A stretch of DNA of 64,000 bases, from IMG/VR virus record IMGVR_UViG_3300020055_000005, positions 1-64,000 of that record; one strand, written 5' to 3'. The translations under genes and the position numbers were made by a program. Position 1 is the stretch's first letter. Each line of letters begins with the position of its first letter. This DNA is from a virus. The notes below the pieces were generated by a model that had not been told where the DNA came from, did no database searches, and worked only from the letters and a program-made list of their open reading frames with translations. Positions 35,378 through 45,677 of the stretch are shown here, one piece after another.

Positions 35378-36094
35378 TTATACCTGAGTGTTACTTGGGT
35401 TCTTAGAGAACCTTGCAGTTGGTACAGATTGATGTATTTTTTCTACAGTACCTGTTTTATTTACGTACACTTCACTTAATTTTCTAAGTGTACCATTATC
35501 ATTTACATATACTCCTTTCACTTTTGCAATCGGGCCTACAGTTCTAGTAGTTGAATATGGTGCTTGATATGTAAATGGTGACCTCACCGTGTAAGGGAAC
35601 TGATAGGTTACTTGATATATAAACGGTGATTGTGCATTCGCAATATATGGTGATTGTGCATTTGCAGTGACCCTATATGTTGACGGTGATCTATGTTGAT
35701 ACGTAAACGGATTCCTTGCGTTTGCAGGATTGGGTTGTTGTGCATTCCTAATATTAGGTTCTTGTGCATTTGCAATATAAGGACTTGGATTTTGTGCCTG
35801 ATATGTATTAGGTTGTCTTGCGTTTCCAGTCGCTCTATAAATTAAAGGTTGTCTTGCATTTCTAATATTAGGTTCTTGTGCAGATGTAGGGTTTCTATAT
35901 GTAAACGGAGACCTATGGTTATAGGTGAAAGGACTCTGTTTAGTTGCACGATATGTAAATGGTGACCTTGCAATATACGGATAAGGTGTTTGACCAATAA
36001 GAGGTTGTCTTGCCTGATAAGTCGTTTGACCTTGCGCTTGATAAGTTGTAGGTTGTTGTGCAATATATGGTATTTGATAGTATCCTGTTGCCAT
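35378..36094 (-). CDS. Pro/Tyr/Gln repeat protein, zipper partner B2 (238 aa)
   Basis: MATG start; even-spaced Pro units; C-terminal VYVN..G repeats. Confidence 0.85.
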   Translation of the reverse strand: MATGYYQIPYIAQQPTTYQAQGQTTYQARQPLIGQTPYPYIARSPFTYRATKQSPFTYNHRSPFTYRNPTSAQEPNIRNARQPLIYRATGNARQPNTYQAQNPSPYIANAQEPNIRNAQQPNPANARNPFTYQHRSPSTYRVTANAQSPYIANAQSPFIYQVTYQFPYTVRSPFTYQAPYSTTRTVGPIAKVKGVYVNDNGTLRKLSEVYVNKTGTVEKIHQSVPTARFSKNPSNTQV

Positions 36095-36095
36095 T

Positions 36096-37256
36096 TTATA
36101 TTCCTAATGCCTGTCCATAAGTTGCGTTTAATGATATCATACCATGACTATATGTTGATGTATATACATTATTACTTGAATCCACACCCTTAACTGTGAA
36201 ACTAACACCTTGTGCTTGTGTCCATGTAGTACCATTAGGGTTTGGGCCGTTTGGTGTTACACATGCCTTCCACAGGAATTGTCTTGCACCACTAGTTGGA
36301 ACACTATAGTAAGTACCTGAACTATATCCAGCGTTAGTTGGTAATGGCCCTGAACTATAAGAGTAACAATAACTTGAACTACAGTCTTTACCACTACATG
36401 CTTGACTTGATACATCATATTTTACTGTAAATGTGGAACTGGTTGTCAATAGACCTTGATATAAAATGTAATCAGAATAAACAGTCGCCTGATATTGATT
36501 TGTATAACCAAACCACAATGCCTTAATAGAACTTTGGGCAGTTGCATTTGAGAACTCCATTGAACACCCTACCTCAGGTGGAGGGTTTGTGGATGCTCTT
36601 GATTGCGTAGTATACCAGTACCCAGCTGAACCAGTACCAGGCCCCCAAACTTGTTCTAGTGGGTCATAGATATATGCAGCTGGTTGTCTTGCATTATAAG
36701 ACGATCTTGCGTTTGCAATGTATGGATAAGGTGTTCTTCCTATAAATGGAGACTGATATGAATATGGTGTTTGACCAATTGTAGGCACTGGTTGTTGTGC
36801 GTTACTAGGTGATTGATATGACTGTTGTGCATTTCTAATCACTGGTTGTTGTGCATTTGTAGGATTTCTATATGTAAACGGTGACCTATAGTTGTACGTA
36901 AACGGTGATTGTTTATTTGCTGGTACCTGATATGTAAATGGTGTCTGCGAATTTGCAATATAAGGATTCGCTTGTTGTGCCGAATATGTAAATGGTGATC
37001 TGTGTTGATAAGTAAACGGAGACCTAACAGTGTAATTGAAAGGTTGTTGTGCGTTTCTTATAAACGGAGATTGTTGAACAGCAGGTGTCCTATATGTTAC
37101 AGGTTGTCTGTTGTTGTATGTTAGGGGTTGTCTTGCCTGTGCAGGTGTTCTACCAGTTGCCTGTTTGGTTTCAGGTGATTGTGCGTTAACTACTGCTTGC
37201 CCTTGATAGGGTTGTTGGAAAGTCGTCCCTGTGTTTATATAGATTTCATCAGCCAT
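36096..37256 (-). CDS. Pro/Tyr/Gln repeat protein B1 with C-terminal Cys-containing globular domain
   Basis: Repeats at aa 17-199; non-repetitive S/T/Y/G-rich domain at aa 200-386. Confidence 0.85.
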   Translation of the reverse strand: MADEIYINTGTTFQQPYQGQAVVNAQSPETKQATGRTPAQARQPLTYNNRQPVTYRTPAVQQSPFIRNAQQPFNYTVRSPFTYQHRSPFTYSAQQANPYIANSQTPFTYQVPANKQSPFTYNYRSPFTYRNPTNAQQPVIRNAQQSYQSPSNAQQPVPTIGQTPYSYQSPFIGRTPYPYIANARSSYNARQPAAYIYDPLEQVWGPGTGSAGYWYTTQSRASTNPPPEVGCSMEFSNATAQSSIKALWFGYTNQYQATVYSDYILYQGLLTTSSTFTVKYDVSSQACSGKDCSSSYCYSYSSGPLPTNAGYSSGTYYSVPTSGARQFLWKACVTPNGPNPNGTTWTQAQGVSFTVKGVDSSNNVYTSTYSHGMISLNATYGQALGI

Positions 37257-37257
37257 A

Positions 37258-38337
37258 TCATATCACAAACCATAAGTGTCCATTAGACGTACTTCCTACA
37301 CTTGACGGTGCAGAAGATACTGTCTCGTAATCTAACACTACATTATCACTATCCGTTTTAATTCCGTTAGAAGTGTTGACACTCATAGTTGTCCCTGTAA
37401 GGTCTAGACCATCTCCACCTGTTACTGAATTCGAACCTGTAAACGATATAGTGTTATTCGCATCATCATAAGATACAGTGATATTAGTATGTGTACCAGC
37501 AGCAATTGCAGTTGCAACTGCATCTTGTGCCTGTTCGTCAGTGTAGTTTGCAGGTGCATCAGCGGATTCCCAATTCGTTGTTGAAGAGTTGTAGATTAAC
37601 ATCTGACCATTATTAGGAGATGATGCATCTACGTTACCCAACGATGCTAAATTGTGATTTGTTATACTGGATACGGTTCCTGTTACATTACCGACAACAT
37701 TACCCTGTACATCACCTTTAACTAATGCACCACTTGGTAAGTTGATATGATTTTGGAAATATACTTCACCATCAAATTCGATAGGTGCAGAAGTAGTTAA
37801 GAGTGTTGTCTTAGTTGCACCGTCACCATTGAAGATTAATCCATTGTCGTTTGTATTATAAATTGTATTAGCGGCAGTTTCAGAAAAGTAACCTACAGAT
37901 GCACTTCCTTGTCCTGTAAATCCTAAGTAAGAACCAGTAAATGAATAAATTACAATCTTATCTGAGTTTGCAGCTGCTGAAACTAGGTCTATTCTATTAT
38001 ATGTTCCATCACCTTGAACATTACCTAATGAATAGTCATCACCCTCAAATAGGTGAACACCATTCTTAAAAACTTGTATTCTGTTTGCAACAAATTTTAG
38101 AGTATATCCAAAGTTATCTACACCAGTAAATCTTGTATTACCGTTAGTTCCATCTGAACCAGTAAAGATATACTCTTGTAAGAAGAAAGACTTGTCTTCA
38201 AGACTGTTTAATGCATCGATAATATTACTTTTTTCAGTTGTGCGTAATCCTGATATCGCACCGACATCATTTGCAAGATCGTTGTACTGTCTTCTAAAGT
38301 CTTCTATCGTACTGTGATTGTCAACTGTCCTAGCCAC
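37258..38337 (-). CDS. Fibre protein (gp9/10-like N-terminus)
   Basis: TIEDFR..YN, NIIDALN, VFKNG module; C-terminal SAPSS....GHLWFVI. Confidence 0.75.
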   Translation of the reverse strand: MARTVDNHSTIEDFRRQYNDLANDVGAISGLRTTEKSNIIDALNSLEDKSFFLQEYIFTGSDGTNGNTRFTGVDNFGYTLKFVANRIQVFKNGVHLFEGDDYSLGNVQGDGTYNRIDLVSAAANSDKIVIYSFTGSYLGFTGQGSASVGYFSETAANTIYNTNDNGLIFNGDGATKTTLLTTSAPIEFDGEVYFQNHINLPSGALVKGDVQGNVVGNVTGTVSSITNHNLASLGNVDASSPNNGQMLIYNSSTTNWESADAPANYTDEQAQDAVATAIAAGTHTNITVSYDDANNTISFTGSNSVTGGDGLDLTGTTMSVNTSNGIKTDSDNVVLDYETVSSAPSSVGSTSNGHLWFVI

Positions 38338-38536
38338 TTACTTTCTCCATCAATTGTTTTAACATCTCTTTCATTTCAGACATGTCTTCTTTAAGTGTAT
38401 TTATCTCTTCTGTTTGCATTTTAAATCTTTGTCTTCTCATTTTCTGCAACTTCCACGCTTCTTTATCTGTGGAAACGATTGCAGTAGTGTCTTCGTCTCT
38501 TTCTAAGTAAGAATGTCCGTCTACTCTAATACCCAT
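38330..38536 (-). CDS. Small conserved coiled-coil protein
   Basis: V.GH..L.RD..T.AI and EI..LK.D..E.K.ML pattern. Confidence 0.75.
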   Translation of the reverse strand: MGIRVDGHSYLERDEDTTAIVSTDKEAWKLQKMRRQRFKMQTEEINTLKEDMSEMKEMLKQLMEKVSG

Positions 38537-41500
38537 TATCCTGTCGCAATAGCTCTAAATGCAGAGATTAAAGGTGGTTTAGAAGTATTATACCCCTGTC
38601 CTACAATCTTAATTATGAATGAAGAGAACTCAGGTAAATCTTCAACGTTATACTCATACTCTTTGAAGTTTCTTCCATCTGCACCTATTTGTGAATCAGG
38701 TGAACCATCTGTGTTAAAGAATTCATATCCTATTTCATCAAACTTACGTTCATCGTCAACCTTAACGGTCTTAAATAAAACTTTAACATCAGTTCCTGCA
38801 TTTTTCATGCAATCAAACATAACTCTGATACCAGTTGCAGGGTTCTTCAAGTTAATCTTCTTAGTTACATAACAGAATGCGTTGTCTTCACCTAGTGATT
38901 CCTGACTAATATTAATTGAACTTGAGAATGAATTGTCATTTGAATTTTTCTGCAACCCATTAATTCTATTTGCAAATGCAATTCCACCTAAAGTTTGTGT
39001 ATCAACAAAAGGTGAAATGTATTGATTTCTAGAGAACATCATACACTTCAACTGCAGTGACCTTCCACTTGACATCTCGTTAATCTCATTGATTCTAGAT
39101 GCAATAATACTTGGTCTACTGAAGAATGCATTTTCGTTAAGTGTTACATTATCACCACTAATTCTTCTCTGATAAACTGTACCATCAATATATCCTTCAG
39201 GTGAATTCATTGGTGTTCCTACTGCATTAATAAACATTCCTGTATTTGCACAAAGAATGTTTTGTACTTGAGTGTGGATTCCATCATAGTAAATATTTTT
39301 AGATGTTACAACATTTCTTCCACCACCAACTGTAGTGTCTGTTGCTTTATAGTCTGAAACATAATCAGGGAATAGTGCTTGTCCTATTGTTGTAATATCT
39401 GAATTAGCATCTACGTCTGATTGAACTGCAGTTGCACTAAGATTAGGTGTAAACGAGAATGTATCTATTGTAAAGTCTGCACCAATACTAGTATGTGAAT
39501 CATCTGTTGAAGTGTTTATTGCACGAACTGGAATTCCACCTAGTGTTTGTCCAATTCCTTCTACAGTTGTTGTGAAACTCCATGAAGAACCAACTGTTAC
39601 TGTAACGACATCTCCTACTGCGAAATTATCACCTGCTTGTAATATTTTACATGCAGTAATATCTGATACACCATTTGATGTAGAAACTGTAATTCTAAAT
39701 GCGACTCCTGTTCCAGTTGTGTTTCCATCACTTGGAGTCGTATCAGCTTTAACAGCAGATATTGATACATTGTCTGAACCCAATGTACTTGAAGTTCCAG
39801 TGTTATACGGTAGAGTTCCGTGTATTAAATTATATGTACCATCAACAGGAAGTGTTCCTGAATCGGTTGCATCAGAAATTCTATACACACCTCCATTCCT
39901 ATCACCTATTACACCATTAATTTGTACATTAGATGAAGTGTTGTAATGTCCATGGAAGAAACTTTGCATTGTAATTGATGATGAATCTGCAACGGTTGAA
40001 ATTGGATTTTCAGGAATGTGGTTTTCCACATCATCTTCATCTGTGGAGTTGATATCTATTGTTTCATCTGCATTATACCAAGGTATGTCTGCATTTGTCA
40101 AATTAAAACTTGAACTCTGTGCAATATCAAACTCTGCATAGTTTAGACAATATTTAATATCGTCTTCTTGTCTTGCAGTCCATGTTGAACTGTTTTGTGA
40201 TACAAACATAGAACCCATATTAGAAGCTGCGACTGCAACCTCAAGACCGTTAGCAATATCTTTATCACCTGCATGAGCGTACCAAATTTCATATTGGTCT
40301 GAACTTGTATAAACCACAAAACAATATTCCATTTGTGATTTAATAATAATAGGGTTCTCAAAAGTAAATTTAGTTACTGCAGATGCATCTTCTGAAACAT
40401 TAATTTCATCAGGAGTTTTTGTAACTACTGACAAAGGTATAGGTGTTTGAGTTGGATAACCATTTTCCATACCTCTTAATTCAACAGTGATCTCTTTGTT
40501 AACATCTTTTGTTTTGAAATACAGGTCAATACTTGTTAACACCATATTTGTACCTACTGATTCAGGGGCTGCAAATGATTGTGCAACTGGGTCAAACCAA
40601 ATTCCTGTTGGGAACATACCTGCATCAAATCTAAAATCACCTATATCGATAGGTGGAAATCCTGGCGGAAGATTAGGTGGCCAATTAGGGTCATCACCAC
40701 CATCTGAAATAAGTGGGCCATCGCCTGGGCCCTCAGGGTCTTCAGCACCAATTTCGTCTATTTGTGTTTGAAGATCATCAATTCTATCGTCTAATTCTGT
40801 AAATGGATTAGGGCCTGGGTCTGATTCATTAAAGGTTGCATTGATGGTTTCACCTCTAGTTGTTATTGTTCTCGAATCATTAGTTGGAACTCTTGTAATT
40901 CTAGAAGTTCTTGTAGTTACTGTATGTCTATCAATATTTGCAACCATACCTGTTGAGGTATACAATGCAGTTGCAGATGATACTGGATTTGGTGAATTAT
41001 ACTTTTGTGAAGTTACAATTAATTCTTTAGTACCACTTGTAAAGGTATTTGCACGGAGATAGAATCGTGCCTTCAATCTACCATTTGCATCAGTCTGTAA
41101 TTGAGCACCTGTGTTACCTAATGTACCTGAAGTATGCGAAGGAGAATAATAATAAGTAGCACTTGGGCTTCCATAAGTCCATCTTTCACTTCGCATTCGT
41201 GTACTAACATCTATACCATCAAAATAAACGTAATGATAAGTGTTAGGTTTTAATCCTTGACAAGTAACTGTGATAGTCCTTTGTTTCATGAACCTTTCAA
41301 GTTGAATATTTCTGACTCTATTTCTCTCGTCTACGGATACGTCAGTTGCATAATCAAACATCATACCATTACGTGCTTGAACTTCAGGGGTTTCTGTGAT
41401 CTCTCTTGTAAGGTCTATGCCTGGCTGCCATTCACCACCTTGTTCAGCAGACCCTGACCATGAACCTGAAGTTGATATCATAGGTTCTGTAGTCGTAACT

Positions 41501-44500
41501 GGTGTTCCTGTCCAAGTGGTTTCCCAATCATTCCAAAGTGTTCCTGTACCATTTCTTCTAAGACCTCGTAATTCTGCTTGAATTGCACTTAAATTAGATA
41601 CTGTTTGGGATGTAGGAGTAATAGAAGATGGTGTTCCAGGCCTTGTATCCATATCAGGACTGAGATTACATGTACCAGTAAATGATGTGACAAGGAATGG
41701 GTTAACATTAATTGATCTAGATGCTTGAGTTACAAACATAGATGTAAATGCTGTATCTGATGCCTTTCTCTCTGTATATGGAAGTGTTAGGAAATCACCT
41801 GTTTGTTGAGTGTGTACTAATGACCCTGCCTCTACTTCCATTGGGAAGTCTTGAGAAACATGAGAAGGTCTCAATTGACCCATTTTCATATCAATAGCGG
41901 CGTTATAATCAGTGTTTAATACATCACTTGCACGTTGATTCCTAAAGTTATCAACTAAGAAACCTGATTTAAATTTATCAAATCCATCTGCATCTAAAAT
42001 TTGTGTAGAACGTGTGTCTGATTCAAGTAATGACAATGTGGTTACTGTTTCTAATGCAGTAACCCTTTGAGATATTCTACCGATATCTCGCATTGTAAAT
42101 CTGCGATGATCTTTAGTTTTAACTCTGATGTCTTTAGGGTCTTTTGTAAATGCAGGTATTTTTAATTCTGCAATCTCTATTGCACCATCAACATGTGGTG
42201 GTCTTGTAGGTGTAATTCCTGCAATACCACTTGCAATTTGGAATTGACCTGATTTGTGCAAGAATAATTTATCAATTCTTGGAACATAAAATTTAAGGTC
42301 ACCTTGAATTGCAGATGCATCTTTAGGTGTAGGCATAATTGCAGGGTTAGTAGAATAATTAAATCCTGTATTAGTTTCTTTCTTATCTCTTGATGATTTA
42401 AAACTTACTCCATCTTCATAAGAAAAGTGTGCATATTCAATGATTGAACTTATACTCGATATATTTGTTAAGTCTACTGTTTGTGTTAAATCTTTATCAT
42501 ATAGTTGTCCTGCAACTGGTCTGTAGTCTAAACAATCTGAAAGTTCAAATGTTCCGTCAGGTTCATTACCTCCCAAGTCAACTCTGTTTGCAGCGTAAAT
42601 AGGAATGTCTTTGTAAGGAACACTATATGAATTTACATCAAAGAATTCTCCTGCACCATGAGAGAAGTAATCAAATACAACCAACACTTCACCAATTGGT
42701 GCAGCTCGTCCTTGTTTTCTAATTAATTTTGAGATACCATAGTATCCATCTTTTTGACCATCGTCAAAAAGGAAACTCTCTGTAATTTCTTTTGAACCTG
42801 CACTAAGTGAATCTATAGTTACCTGAGATTTATTGTTTTGTCCAACTGCAATCTCACCCTCTACAAATCTTTTCTTTGTTAGGTAATAGAAGTATGTTGT
42901 TGCACCTGCATTATAGTCAATTATAATTGCACGTGCATCTGAGGTTTGTCCTTTAATTTCTTCATGCAATTGTAATGCAGGAAAGGTCGCAAGGTCTTCT
43001 TGTAACGTTGCACTAGGAGTTATAGGAGCACTATCTACACCATCATAGATACCACGTATTTTAAATACATCTGCAACACCAAGTGTTATTTCCTGATCAT
43101 CCATTGCAGATGTATAAACACCTGAGTATCCTGCTGATCTTTTACCTGTTATTTTTAATACTCTACCTTTATGAAGTGTTTTTGATTTTCTCTGAGGTGT
43201 TGTTACTAGAACTGAATATGTTATTCTTAACACAACTCCATCATTTGCAGAACCAAAGTCTCCTAGTGTAATAGACTGACCACTACCGTTTGTTGCAGGA
43301 TTAGCGTCTTTATAACTTTCTATATCTAATAGGTCACCCTTACTAAATGTTGGGTTTGATGCTCCTGATATATCAACCACTGCAATTGAGAAGTTATCTG
43401 TATTTTGATCTTCAAATGCACCGTCTTGTTGTGCAATAGTTACTTCACCACTTCCGATAGTTTGTACTGTTTGTTTTTTGATGTGAATTAAATCACATGT
43501 ATGTTCACTGATGAAATCTCTTTCGTATGCGAAAATAGACACTGCTTGTTGAGGTCTATGGATTTGTGATCTAAGTCTAGTACAGGATTCACCAGTAAAT
43601 GATGTCTGTGTATTTGAACCTGAAATTGCACCACCAGTGTTTCTAACTGTCATTGAAGTGTCACTAGTGATTGCAGATACTGTTACTAATTCACCAGTAC
43701 CCAATCTTCTAATAACATCACCTACTCTTAATTGACTTGCAAATAACGTTTCAATACCAGTTACCGTAGCACTGTTTGCAGTAAATGTCAATTGACCTCT
43801 GAGAGAAAATTCTAAATCTTTCTTAATGTCTCCAAAGAAGTATTGTGTACTACCACCTGCAGTTGGTTCTTGAGTAATTAATCCAGCCTGTTCGTAGTTG
43901 AAGTTTACTACCCCATCATTCTGTGAATCTGTAATTGCAAAATCACCTTTACCGATACATGAGATTGCATCATTACCACTAAATGAACCGATTACATCGT
44001 GGATGTATAAACAACTTCTGTTAGGGTCATCGTATGCAATGATACCTGTTGCACCAGTAGCACTACCTGTAACGTGATCACCTGTTTGTGCAGTACCTGT
44101 ATGTGCAGAATAACTAATCTTAGTAAACATTTTTATATCAAATGCAGATAAGTTAAATTCTGTAGTATCTTCGTTATATTCTCCTGCAGTTGATGAACCT
44201 GTATGATGTGTTATGTCTCTTAAACGTGCATAACCGATTTGTTCAGGACTGTTTTGATCTGTTGTTAAGGGTTCTCTATTATTTGCGATAGGGCCATCAG
44301 ATGCATGTGAATCTGAAGTCATGTGATCAGAACCCATGTTCCAAAGTTTACATAGTTTATGTGCTTCTATGTTAGTTGCGTTAATACCCTTTGTGATTTC
44401 AGGTAAACCATGACAGTTAGTAACTCTAATAATGTTACCAACATTTGCAGTTGTCAACATGTCTTCTTCTGAGACTATTGTTCTTGCCTTAGGAAATGGA

Positions 44501-45627
44501 ACTGTTTCTGAACCTGTTTTTGCAACTTCAAAACCTTGTACGTATGCTTTTCCAGGCGACATCTGCATGACAAATTTAGTTTCATCACCACCGACATCTT
44601 TTTTGAACATTCCATTATTTGTTTCATCATTTAAGTGTTCTTTTAATTCGTATTCAAAGTTCTTTAATACAAAATCTCCACTTGCATCATGTGTTCTTCT
44701 TGCCATTGATTTTTCAAGAACATTATATGTTGGGTCAGTAATTTGTACTGCAATGTTACCTTTTTCAACCCTTGCAAGTTCAACAAAGTTTGAGTCTTCT
44801 ATACTATCAACTGGATATTTTTTAAGTGTTAAATCTAATTGTAATCTATCTGCACCAGCAGCGTTCTGATTTGAAGCACCAGTTGCATTGTCTTGTAATG
44901 TAGCATCTTCTGCATTGGAAATTAACTTTTCTTCGATGTTTAAACCAATTTTATAAGTTGGTTGAACACTATATTTTTCCAATATGAGACTTTGTGCATC
45001 TACTTTAATGAAAAAACCTCTGAGATAGATTACACCTTCGTCTAAATCTATCGCAGAACCTTGTCCTGTAGGTTTACTGGTATCACCAGTAGTTAAGACT
45101 TTAAATTCGTTGTTGTTTGTTCCAACAATTGAGTAAACACCAGCTGCGTTTACTGTAACTTCTTGTAATTCTTCTCCCTGTATAAATGTCATACGGTTAT
45201 CAAGACCGTTTACAACATACTTGAGGAACAGAGTCATCTCATCTGTTTGATTGTTTACAGTTTCTTTAGGAGTAGATTTTTTAACTTTTGCGATAACACC
45301 TGAAGTTTTACCCTGAAGAAATTTACCATGGAAGGATGTTCTATAGGTTTCTACATCAGCGTCACCTGCTGTGTTTGGGTTTTCTGTACTTACTTTTACA
45401 TAGTACAATTCGAGATCGATATCAGTTCTGATTCCATCAACGATAGAACCATTTTTAAAAATATGATTACCAAATCTTTCAATTTGGTTTTGAAGAATTG
45501 ATTGTGATTGCGTTAACTCTCTTGCTTGAAGAGGTCTACCTGCCTTAAATAGTATTTTATGATATTTTTTACTATCATCATAATCATCGAAGTAAGGTGC
45601 AATATTTAAATCGGTTTTCTCTGGCAT
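38536..45627 (-). CDS. Very large virion structural protein (VrlC/DUF4815-like)
   Basis: PYFDDYD..K.Y..ILF..GR.LQARELTQ.QSILQ.Q, FKSGFLVDNF and DPVAQSF motifs. Confidence 0.88.
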   Translation of the reverse strand: MPEKTDLNIAPYFDDYDDSKKYHKILFKAGRPLQARELTQSQSILQNQIERFGNHIFKNGSIVDGIRTDIDLELYYVKVSTENPNTAGDADVETYRTSFHGKFLQGKTSGVIAKVKKSTPKETVNNQTDEMTLFLKYVVNGLDNRMTFIQGEELQEVTVNAAGVYSIVGTNNNEFKVLTTGDTSKPTGQGSAIDLDEGVIYLRGFFIKVDAQSLILEKYSVQPTYKIGLNIEEKLISNAEDATLQDNATGASNQNAAGADRLQLDLTLKKYPVDSIEDSNFVELARVEKGNIAVQITDPTYNVLEKSMARRTHDASGDFVLKNFEYELKEHLNDETNNGMFKKDVGGDETKFVMQMSPGKAYVQGFEVAKTGSETVPFPKARTIVSEEDMLTTANVGNIIRVTNCHGLPEITKGINATNIEAHKLCKLWNMGSDHMTSDSHASDGPIANNREPLTTDQNSPEQIGYARLRDITHHTGSSTAGEYNEDTTEFNLSAFDIKMFTKISYSAHTGTAQTGDHVTGSATGATGIIAYDDPNRSCLYIHDVIGSFSGNDAISCIGKGDFAITDSQNDGVVNFNYEQAGLITQEPTAGGSTQYFFGDIKKDLEFSLRGQLTFTANSATVTGIETLFASQLRVGDVIRRLGTGELVTVSAITSDTSMTVRNTGGAISGSNTQTSFTGESCTRLRSQIHRPQQAVSIFAYERDFISEHTCDLIHIKKQTVQTIGSGEVTIAQQDGAFEDQNTDNFSIAVVDISGASNPTFSKGDLLDIESYKDANPATNGSGQSITLGDFGSANDGVVLRITYSVLVTTPQRKSKTLHKGRVLKITGKRSAGYSGVYTSAMDDQEITLGVADVFKIRGIYDGVDSAPITPSATLQEDLATFPALQLHEEIKGQTSDARAIIIDYNAGATTYFYYLTKKRFVEGEIAVGQNNKSQVTIDSLSAGSKEITESFLFDDGQKDGYYGISKLIRKQGRAAPIGEVLVVFDYFSHGAGEFFDVNSYSVPYKDIPIYAANRVDLGGNEPDGTFELSDCLDYRPVAGQLYDKDLTQTVDLTNISSISSIIEYAHFSYEDGVSFKSSRDKKETNTGFNYSTNPAIMPTPKDASAIQGDLKFYVPRIDKLFLHKSGQFQIASGIAGITPTRPPHVDGAIEIAELKIPAFTKDPKDIRVKTKDHRRFTMRDIGRISQRVTALETVTTLSLLESDTRSTQILDADGFDKFKSGFLVDNFRNQRASDVLNTDYNAAIDMKMGQLRPSHVSQDFPMEVEAGSLVHTQQTGDFLTLPYTERKASDTAFTSMFVTQASRSINVNPFLVTSFTGTCNLSPDMDTRPGTPSSITPTSQTVSNLSAIQAELRGLRRNGTGTLWNDWETTWTGTPVTTTEPMISTSGSWSGSAEQGGEWQPGIDLTREITETPEVQARNGMMFDYATDVSVDERNRVRNIQLERFMKQRTITVTCQGLKPNTYHYVYFDGIDVSTRMRSERWTYGSPSATYYYSPSHTSGTLGNTGAQLQTDANGRLKARFYLRANTFTSGTKELIVTSQKYNSPNPVSSATALYTSTGMVANIDRHTVTTRTSRITRVPTNDSRTITTRGETINATFNESDPGPNPFTELDDRIDDLQTQIDEIGAEDPEGPGDGPLISDGGDDPNWPPNLPPGFPPIDIGDFRFDAGMFPTGIWFDPVAQSFAAPESVGTNMVLTSIDLYFKTKDVNKEITVELRGMENGYPTQTPIPLSVVTKTPDEINVSEDASAVTKFTFENPIIIKSQMEYCFVVYTSSDQYEIWYAHAGDKDIANGLEVAVAASNMGSMFVSQNSSTWTARQEDDIKYCLNYAEFDIAQSSSFNLTNADIPWYNADETIDINSTDEDDVENHIPENPISTVADSSSITMQSFFHGHYNTSSNVQINGVIGDRNGGVYRISDATDSGTLPVDGTYNLIHGTLPYNTGTSSTLGSDNVSISAVKADTTPSDGNTTGTGVAFRITVSTSNGVSDITACKILQAGDNFAVGDVVTVTVGSSWSFTTTVEGIGQTLGGIPVRAINTSTDDSHTSIGADFTIDTFSFTPNLSATAVQSDVDANSDITTIGQALFPDYVSDYKATDTTVGGGRNVVTSKNIYYDGIHTQVQNILCANTGMFINAVGTPMNSPEGYIDGTVYQRRISGDNVTLNENAFFSRPSIIASRINEINEMSSGRSLQLKCMMFSRNQYISPFVDTQTLGGIAFANRINGLQKNSNDNSFSSSINISQESLGEDNAFCYVTKKINLKNPATGIRVMFDCMKNAGTDVKVLFKTVKVDDERKFDEIGYEFFNTDGSPDSQIGADGRNFKEYEYNVEDLPEFSSFIIKIVGQGYNTSKPPLISAFRAIATG

Positions 45628-45677
45628 ATCCTATCTCTTATAAGTTATTTATTTGACCCCAAAATGAGGTCAAATGA

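Noticed and set aside
26882-37256. Diversity-generating retroelement acting on fibre genes
   Set aside because: No reverse transcriptase in the window, and I saw no template/variable repeat pair differing only at adenines.
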